DNA of 30,541 bases from a virus (Duplodnaviria; Caudoviricetes). The number at the start of each line of letters is the position of its first letter. Within the stretch, counting starts at the first letter, position 1. Below, one piece after another: positions 24,423-30,541 of this stretch. A model generated the notes under the pieces. The model was not told the DNA's origin. It made no database searches and was given only the letters and a program-made list of their open reading frames with translations. The DNA lies in the IMG/VR virus record IMGVR_UViG_3300024310_000025, positions 1 through 30,541 of that record, one strand, 5' to 3'. Both the position numbers and the translations under genes were made by a program.

Positions 24423-25186
24423 TGGTCGATCTCAGAGCCCTTACTGAGGCAAATACGAAACGCTGGGCGAATGCCAAGCCGACGCGAGCCTCAATGGCAA
24501 ACTCCGTGGCAAAGCGATTGATCGCCGCCAAGGCCCGTTACCAGACGGTATCGTCCAAAACTGGCGTTCCTTGGTTCGTGATTGCGGTTATCCACGAGCG
24601 GGAATCCTCGCAGAGCTGGACGACCCATCTCGGGCAGGGTGATCCGCTGAGCAGCAAGACGGTTCATGTTCCTGCTGGCCGGGGACCATTCTTCGGGCCG
24701 GATGCATGGGAGCGCGGAGCGATCGACGCGCTGGCTGATTGCGCGCCCTATCTCGCCCGCAAGAAGAACTGGAATACGCCCGGCGACGTGCTGACAAATC
24801 TGGAGGCCTTCAATGGTCTTCGATACGCCAGCGAAGGGCGGCCATCGCCTTACGTCTTCTCGGGAACGTCGATCTACGATCCGCCGACCGGTCCAGGCGG
24901 CAAGGTTCAGCGCGATCATGGTCCCATTGATCCTGTTGTAGACAAGCAGCTCGGCTGCGCCGCGATGCTCATGGCAATGATGGCGCTCGACCCGTCAATC
25001 AAGTTTGGCGGGACTGTGAGCAAAACGAAGGTGGCCTCTGCCGGAGGTGGAGTGGTCGTTGCGGCTGGTACGGTCGCAACTGGGGTGCATCAGGGATGGC
25101 CTCTTTCCTATTGGATGATTGCAGCCAGCATGGCGCTTGTCGTCGGAGTGATTGCCTATTCCATCTTCCGAACCAAGAAGGTCTAG
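24422..25186 (+). CDS. Endolysin (lysozyme-like) with C-terminal hydrophobic segments
   Basis: TGVPWFVIAVIHERESS...LGQGDP...FNGLRY...PSPYVFSGT...DKQLGCAAML. Confidence 0.8.
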   Translation: MVDLRALTEANTKRWANAKPTRASMANSVAKRLIAAKARYQTVSSKTGVPWFVIAVIHERESSQSWTTHLGQGDPLSSKTVHVPAGRGPFFGPDAWERGAIDALADCAPYLARKKNWNTPGDVLTNLEAFNGLRYASEGRPSPYVFSGTSIYDPPTGPGGKVQRDHGPIDPVVDKQLGCAAMLMAMMALDPSIKFGGTVSKTKVASAGGGVVVAAGTVATGVHQGWPLSYWMIAASMALVVGVIAYSIFRTKKV

Positions 25187-25187
25187 C

Positions 25188-25673
25188 ATGACGGTTCTCG
25201 CTTTATCCCTTTTTGTCCTGTCGCTGGCCCTGACCTGGTACGCCTTATGGGGCCGCGCCTGGCTGAAAACCAAGTCGTGGGCAAAGCCATTCTTCGACCT
25301 GATCGAACCGCTCGAACTCGTCCTCTTCAAGAAGTCCGAAACGATCCTTTTCGCTCGGATGAAGATGGTAACGGGGCTTTTGCTCGCATTTCTGACGCAG
25401 ATCGGAACGATTGACCTAACTCCGATCATGCCGTTTGTCCCGGAGAAGTATCAATCCTGGGTTCATGCGGCATTCAATCTTGCACCTCTGATGCTCTCAA
25501 TCGTCGGCTGGATGGATGAAAAGCTTCGCAATCGGACGACGCTACCGATTGAAGTGGTCTCTGTTCCCGACAAGGTAATGGCAGAAAATCCAAAGGTTGC
25601 TGAAGCAGTTTCAGTGGCAGCCATCGCAAAGCAGGAATCAATTACGGCGATTAACGAAGAAAAGGCGGCCTGA
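25188..25673 (+). CDS. Multi-TM membrane protein (holin/antiholin candidate)
   Basis: Three hydrophobic segments; immediately after the endolysin gene. Confidence 0.55.
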   Translation: MTVLALSLFVLSLALTWYALWGRAWLKTKSWAKPFFDLIEPLELVLFKKSETILFARMKMVTGLLLAFLTQIGTIDLTPIMPFVPEKYQSWVHAAFNLAPLMLSIVGWMDEKLRNRTTLPIEVVSVPDKVMAENPKVAEAVSVAAIAKQESITAINEEKAA

Positions 25674-25674
25674 G

Positions 25675-26109
25675 GTGGAATGGCTGCTTGGCAAGCTGAT
25701 TGCTGCTCCGGTCATCGGCGCCATTCTGTCACCGATCATCAACGGGCTGCTGACGGCGCAGAAGCAGAAACTTGACGCGATTGGCAGTCACGAAGCCGTT
25801 GCCGCCGACCTCGCCAAGCGATCGTTCGATCTTGATATGAAAGAAGCGGAAGTCAACGCTTCAACCATAAAGGCAGAGCAGGGCAACTGGGTCACGCGGT
25901 CGATCCGTCCGCTTCTGGCTTTGCCGGTGATCATTCTGATGTGGAAGCTGCTTGTCTGGGACAAGGCGCTGGGGCAGTGGACCAGCGGCACGACGGACAG
26001 TCTTAGCGATCAGATATGGTGGTACTGCACGACAGTAACAATCGCGTACATGGGTGGTCGATCGGCAGAAAAGGTAGCCGAGAAGATTGCGGGTATTTGG
26101 AAGAGATAA
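25675..26109 (+). CDS. 3TM holin (GTA-holin-like)
   Basis: EQGNWVTRSIRPLLAL...AYMGGRSAEK pattern; GTG start. Confidence 0.65.
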   Translation: MEWLLGKLIAAPVIGAILSPIINGLLTAQKQKLDAIGSHEAVAADLAKRSFDLDMKEAEVNASTIKAEQGNWVTRSIRPLLALPVIILMWKLLVWDKALGQWTSGTTDSLSDQIWWYCTTVTIAYMGGRSAEKVAEKIAGIWKR

Positions 26110-26112
26110 CGA

Positions 26113-26186
26113 GCGGGCCAGCCATACGCGCGAACGAATGGCCAGCCCTGACCGACCACCGGAAGGATGAGGTTCCAATGACGGCT
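26113..26186 (-). ncRNA. PtaRNA1/SymR-like cis-antisense RNA (two hairpins, anti-SD loop)
   Basis: Minus strand AGCCGUCAUUGGAA-CCUCAUCC-UUCCGGUGGUCGGUCAGGGCUGGCCAU...AUGGCUGGCCCG; stems close fully only through G-U pairs on the minus strand. Confidence 0.55.
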
Positions 26187-26255
26187 GCCAACCATTCAAC
26201 CACAGGTTATCAGCGCCATGCTGTTCAAAATTGCTCATTGGTTAAGTCGGGATGA
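26178..26255 (+). CDS. 25-aa leader peptide (MTAANHSTTGYQRHAVQNCSLVKSG)
   Basis: SD-like GGATGAGG at 26165-26172; stop overlaps the ATG of 26252 (ATGA). Confidence 0.45.
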   Translation: MTAANHSTTGYQRHAVQNCSLVKSG

Positions 26256-26548
26256 CGAACCAAACCGACCTTACGGACGTTCAGGCGGCGTTTCTAAAAG
26301 GCATGACCGATCAACGGGCTGCCAACATGTGGGACGCCGCAGACTTCATTGCCGACCTTTCGCCGGACACAAAGGATTTTCTCCGAAAGGCAGACAAACA
26401 GAAGATCGAGCAGCTCGACGCGACACTCAAATTCATGAATGCCACGGGGATCGTCTGGAAGTTCCTGTTGGCAGGTGGCGTCACCATCTTCGGATTTGTC
26501 AAAGCGTGGGAGTGGCTCTCGCAGTTCTTCACTGTCAAGCTGAAATAG
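26252..26548 (+). CDS. Membrane protein with C-terminal TM (lysis region)
   Basis: 98 aa; IVWKFLLAGGVTIFGFV; no clear SD of its own. Confidence 0.65.
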   Translation: MTNQTDLTDVQAAFLKGMTDQRAANMWDAADFIADLSPDTKDFLRKADKQKIEQLDATLKFMNATGIVWKFLLAGGVTIFGFVKAWEWLSQFFTVKLK

Positions 26549-26583
26549 CATGCGCGGAGGATGCCCCGACCACCCGCGAACTG

Positions 26584-26955
26584 ATGCTGCTGATCAACGA
26601 GCACAAGAGCGCGAACACGCAAAGGTTCGAGGCACAGGAAAAAGCGGTTGCCGCGGCATTGGCGGCGGCAAAAGAGGCCACCGCAAAGGCCGAAAGCGCG
26701 TCAGAGAAGCGTTTCGATTCCGTCAACGAATTCCGGGCGACGTTGAAGGACCAGCAAGCCATGCTGGCCCCGCGCGCCGAGGTCGATGCAAAGCTTCAAT
26801 CGATAGAGGAGAAGATTGCTGTAAATGCGGTGCAGGTAGCCCAACTCAACAGCAGGGCAGAGGGGGTTGCACAACTCTGGGGATTCATCTCGGTTGGGTT
26901 AGGAATTGTCATTGCGGGGGCCGCACTATTTCTGCGGCGCCGGGGAGTGGCGTGA
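26584..26955 (+). CDS. Coiled-coil protein with C-terminal TM (lysis region); start uncertain
   Basis: RFEAQEKAVAAALAAAKEATAKAESASEKRFDSVNEFR coiled coil; LWGFISVGLGIVIAGAALFL TM. Confidence 0.65.
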   Translation: MLLINEHKSANTQRFEAQEKAVAAALAAAKEATAKAESASEKRFDSVNEFRATLKDQQAMLAPRAEVDAKLQSIEEKIAVNAVQVAQLNSRAEGVAQLWGFISVGLGIVIAGAALFLRRRGVA

Positions 26956-26956
26956 C

Positions 26957-27157
26957 ATGTCTATCGCACCGATCATACTCCGGGTCAGGTGCCATATCTT
27001 TGAGCCAAACTACCGGATTATCCGCGCGCAGTTCAACGTAGTGGACGGCCCGGAAGGATTTCCCGAGTACGTCATGACGAACCTTTTGCGTGAGCGTGGC
27101 GTTCCCCAGGACGGGCGTTTTTACCGGATCACGATTGATCCGCTTTTCCCTAACTAA
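26957..27157 (+). CDS. Hypothetical 66-aa protein
   Basis: GGAG RBS; starts 1 nt after the previous stop. Confidence 0.5.
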   Translation: MSIAPIILRVRCHIFEPNYRIIRAQFNVVDGPEGFPEYVMTNLLRERGVPQDGRFYRITIDPLFPN

Positions 27158-27168
27158 AGGATGCAATC

Positions 27169-27384
27169 ATGCTCGCCTCAGTCATTACGTTTATGATCTA
27201 CGTGTGCGTGCTCGCACTCGTGATCTATCTCATTTTGTGGGTGCTGCGGGATGTCCTCGGGCTTCCGATCCCTGCCAAGGTCATCCAGATTCTCTGGGTC
27301 ATCGTGGCGCTGATCGTCATCCTGTGGCTGGTTCAGATGGTCCTCGGAGGTGGCGGGATGACGCGCTTTCCCTCCATCCGCTGA
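27169..27384 (+). CDS. Small two-TM membrane protein (Thivi_2564-like)
   Basis: AAGGA RBS; two hydrophobic helices joined by LPIPAKVIQI. Confidence 0.7.
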   Translation: MLASVITFMIYVCVLALVIYLILWVLRDVLGLPIPAKVIQILWVIVALIVILWLVQMVLGGGGMTRFPSIR

Positions 27385-27485
27385 GGTAGACGACCTTCCG
27401 CCTGTCCCTCCAGCTCCTCCGAGCATCTGCCGGGGGTGCTGAGGTCCCTCGGAATTACGCACTTTGGGATAAGTCGAACGTAGTT

Positions 27486-27515
27486 TTAGTTGGGTTGAGT
27501 CGAGAGGAGTATAAT
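27486..27515 (+). promoter_or_regulatory. Putative promoter for the portal gene
   Basis: Perfect TATAAT at 27510-27515, 31 nt before the portal ATG; weak -35. Confidence 0.45.
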
Positions 27516-27546
27516 TCGCGCAAACCGATTTGGGCTCAAAATTCGC

Positions 27547-29922
27547 ATGGCTGAAGAGAAGTCAAAAGATCAGAAGCTTGCGGCTTACTGGAAAAGCCAG
27601 ATCGAGCAATGCGACCGCGAGACCAACAAATGGCACAAGCGCGGCGAGAAGATTTCGCGCCATTACCGCGATGAGCGCGATGACAATTCGGTTGGCGTCG
27701 CCCGCAGGTTGAACCTGTTCTGGGCCAATACCGAAACGCTCAAGCCCGTCATCTACTCCAAAACTCCGGTCCCGATCTGCGAGCGTCGCTTCCTCGACAA
27801 GGATACGACCGGCCGGATGGCCTCGACCATCCTTGAGAGGAATCTCCGCTATGAAGTTCAGATGTCCGGATTTGACGCGGCTGTTCGTAAGGCGCGCAAC
27901 GATTACCTCCTGGTCGGTCGAGGACAAGTTTGGTTACGATACTATCCCCTTTTCGGAGAACCAATATCGCCTGCTCAGTCTGGCGATAACGACATTGAGC
28001 TTTCCGGGTCAAGCGATCCGCTCCCTGATGACACTGAGCCGGAAGAAGAGGCCGAGCGCGAGCTTCTGAGAGAAAGCCTCTGCGTCGATTACGTCCATTG
28101 GCAGCGATACTACACCTTACCGGCCTATGCTGCGACGGAAGAGGAGATCGAGGGCAAGGGCCGCAAGATCTACATGAGCCGTTCCGATTGCATTGAGCAT
28201 TTCGGCAAGAAAATCGGCTCTAAGATTCCGCTGACGCACAAGCCCGGAGACGACAAGGACTCCACGAAATCTTCTAATACATCGCCGTCAACACTGACAG
28301 GCAAAGACGGCATGCAGGCCGTCGTCTATGAAATCTGGTGGAAGCCAGAGCGCATGGTCTACTTCTTTGCTGATGGCTATGACGAGCTTTGCAAGAAGGT
28401 TGATGACCCGCTGAAGCTCGACGGCTTCTTCCCGTGTCCGTCCCCGATTACGGCGACGATGACGAACGATACGACGATCCCGGTTCCGGACTATGCCGAG
28501 CTTCAGGATCAGTACGCGCAGATTGACGACCTTACCAAGCGCATCGATATCCTGGTCGGTGCCTGTAAGGTAGTTGGCGTCTATGACGCGGCGGCTCAAT
28601 CGCTCAAGCGTGTCTTTGAAGAAGCGCAGGAGCCAAACCTTATCCCGGTTGATAGCTGGGCCATGTTTGCCGAGAAGGGCGGCTTGAAAGGGGCGATTGA
28701 CTGGGTTCCGATTGAGCAGGTTGCCAACGTCCTCAAGATCCTGATCGAGACGCGCCAGCAGATCATTCAAGACCTCGACCGGATGACCGGCATTTCCGAC
28801 ATCATGCGCGGCACGTCCGATGCTCGGGAGACCATGGGAGCCCAGAGGCTCAAGACCAACAATTCAGCCACGCGCATTCAAGAGCGTCAGGATGATATGG
28901 CCCGGTTCTGCCGGGACATCATCGCCATCATGGGCGAGATCATTTCAGAGCAATACACTCCCGAAACGTTGATCCAGGTTTCGGGGGCTATGAACGATGA
29001 AGGTCTGGACCCCCCGGCCATATCCCCACAGGTCGCAAATCAGTTGCCACCTCAGGCCATTGGTCCAGCTATCGCGCCCGCCGCAGTTCCTCCTGCTGGC
29101 CCTCCCGGCGCGATGCCCCCGGCTGCGGGTGCGCCTTCCCCGCAGCCGGGGCCGCCATCCATGGCTCTGCCTCAGGAGACACCCGAGCAGAAGCAACAGC
29201 GCAAGATGGCTCTGATCATGGAAGCCATTGGCCTGTTGCGGCAGGACAAGCTGCGCGGCTTCCGGATCGACATTGAAACCGACTCCACGGTTCAGGGCGA
29301 TCAGGAGCAGGAGAAGGCCCAGCGCATCGAGTTCATTACGGCGGTTACGAAGTTCATCGAGACCGGAGCGCAGGTTACGCAGATGGTTCCTGAGGCAGCG
29401 CCATTGCTTGCCAAGATGCTTCAGTTTGGCGTGCGCGGCTTCCGGGTGGGGCGCGATCTCGAAAGCGCCATTGAGGAATTCTGTGAGAAAGCAGAACTGG
29501 ACGCCAAGGCAGCCGCGGCCAATCCGCAGGCTAAGCCTGATCCTGAGATGATCAAGGCAGAAACCGAGCGCATGAAGGCGCAGTCGGAAATCCGCCGGCA
29601 GGAGATTGAGAACCAGGGCGAGGAACGTAACGCCACCATTGATCTGGAAAGCAAGAAGATCGACCTGCAAATGAAGCAGATCGAGTTCCAGATCAAGCAG
29701 CTCGAATTCCACGGGAAGCGGATTGAAGCATCCATGCCGAAAGAAGGCGAGGGAAGCTCATCCGATAGTGATGGTATCCATCCTCACATGGCGCTGCAAC
29801 AGATTGCCGAGGCGGCAAAAGTCTTCGACATGGCATCACGGCGTAATGCGGCGCCCAAGAAGATCATCCGAGGCCCGGATGGCAAGGCATCCCACGTCAT
29901 TACCGACTTTCAGGAGCAATAA
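27547..29922 (+). CDS. Portal protein (podovirus/P22-like with C-terminal coiled coil)
   Basis: 791 aa; LNLFWANTETLKPVIYS, GRGQVWLRY, MTGISDIMRG...ETMGAQRLK, FRIDIETDST, helical C-terminus; no other portal candidate in the window. Confidence 0.85.
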   Translation: MAEEKSKDQKLAAYWKSQIEQCDRETNKWHKRGEKISRHYRDERDDNSVGVARRLNLFWANTETLKPVIYSKTPVPICERRFLDKDTTGRMASTILERNLRYEVQMSGFDAAVRKARNDYLLVGRGQVWLRYYPLFGEPISPAQSGDNDIELSGSSDPLPDDTEPEEEAERELLRESLCVDYVHWQRYYTLPAYAATEEEIEGKGRKIYMSRSDCIEHFGKKIGSKIPLTHKPGDDKDSTKSSNTSPSTLTGKDGMQAVVYEIWWKPERMVYFFADGYDELCKKVDDPLKLDGFFPCPSPITATMTNDTTIPVPDYAELQDQYAQIDDLTKRIDILVGACKVVGVYDAAAQSLKRVFEEAQEPNLIPVDSWAMFAEKGGLKGAIDWVPIEQVANVLKILIETRQQIIQDLDRMTGISDIMRGTSDARETMGAQRLKTNNSATRIQERQDDMARFCRDIIAIMGEIISEQYTPETLIQVSGAMNDEGLDPPAISPQVANQLPPQAIGPAIAPAAVPPAGPPGAMPPAAGAPSPQPGPPSMALPQETPEQKQQRKMALIMEAIGLLRQDKLRGFRIDIETDSTVQGDQEQEKAQRIEFITAVTKFIETGAQVTQMVPEAAPLLAKMLQFGVRGFRVGRDLESAIEEFCEKAELDAKAAAANPQAKPDPEMIKAETERMKAQSEIRRQEIENQGEERNATIDLESKKIDLQMKQIEFQIKQLEFHGKRIEASMPKEGEGSSSDSDGIHPHMALQQIAEAAKVFDMASRRNAAPKKIIRGPDGKASHVITDFQEQ

Positions 29923-29924
29923 CT

Positions 29925-30401
29925 ATGGCACTCTATAGCACCAACAACACGCAGGCGGGTTCGCAGCAGAACCTGTCATCGGCCTACAAGACCATCGTTT
30001 CGCTGACGGCAGCAACGGGCGCGGCCACGCTCAAGCGCGGCTGGATCTATGAATGGGAAGTCGGCGCCGATGGTGCTCCGAACGCTTCCGATACCACGAT
30101 TGTGTGGGATTGGTCGCGGCAGAGCACGCTGGGAACGGGCACCTCCGCAACCCCGTCACCGCTTGATCTGGCGGACTCGGCGGCAGGGTTGGTATCAACC
30201 GTCAACTACACGGCTGAGCCGACGATTGGCGTTTCGCTGATGACGGTAGCGCTCAATCAGCGCAATTCGCAGCGCTGGATCGCCCGTGACGAAAAGTCGG
30301 CCCTGATCATTCCGGCAACCAACGTTGCAGGTATCGCGGGCCGGGCCAAGTCCGCGATCTACGCTTCGACCGTCGTCATGACCGAGATGTTCGCAGAATG
30401 A
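29925..30401 (+). CDS. Thr/Ala/Ser-rich putative virion protein
   Basis: AGGAG RBS; beta-rich 158-aa ORF after the portal gene. Confidence 0.6.
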   Translation: MALYSTNNTQAGSQQNLSSAYKTIVSLTAATGAATLKRGWIYEWEVGADGAPNASDTTIVWDWSRQSTLGTGTSATPSPLDLADSAAGLVSTVNYTAEPTIGVSLMTVALNQRNSQRWIARDEKSALIIPATNVAGIAGRAKSAIYASTVVMTEMFAE

Positions 30402-30541
30402 GGCAGGCACAGGGCTACACGATTATCACGGGTCCAGCGCCTGGTACGGGCGAAATGGACTCGTTCACGTGTGCCCATTGCCAGCGTGTTCGCTTCGTCA
30501 AGCCGATGCAGAGAGCAGAAGACATGGGTGGCATTTGTCAT
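30398..30541 (+). CDS. Zinc-finger protein, truncated by the window edge (MRQAQGYTIITG...TCAHCQR...GGICH)
   Basis: ATGA overlap; CxxC motif; open to the end of the window. Confidence 0.55.
   Translation, partial: MRQAQGYTIITGPAPGTGEMDSFTCAHCQRVRFVKPMQRAEDMGGICH

Overview
The whole window is temperate phage DNA (prophage or phage contig). A GapR/DUF2312 gene, a DnaA-domain-IV gene and GC-rich codon usage point to an alphaproteobacterial, probably Hyphomicrobiales, host (inference). Layout: (1) a leftward early operon (1-3692) with a putative ssDNA-annealing protein, an HNH nuclease, a DUF551/Zn-finger protein and several tiny membrane peptides; (2) a lambdoid cI/cro switch with five 15-bp operators (3724-4387); (3) a rightward operon with a cII-like gene, stand-alone DnaA domain IV, GapR and a replication initiator with internal iterons, running without a gap into terS/terL; (4) a podovirus-type head/tail module (scaffold, major capsid, decoration, adaptor, nozzle, GNAT, ejection proteins, tail fibre) with two free-standing HNH genes and a Maf/MptE-like (DUF115) enzyme; (5) a membrane-protein-rich lysis region; (6) the probable portal gene, displaced about 17.7 kb from terL, with a candidate promoter of its own. 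The most unusual signals are a PtaRNA1/SymR-like antisense RNA over a leader peptide inside the lysis cassette, a possible virion glycosylation enzyme among Ser/Thr-rich head genes, the relocated portal, and short low-GC3 patches at conserved motifs of core structural genes. No integrase, tRNA, rRNA or CRISPR array was seen. All family calls come from motif recognition and gene order, not database searches.
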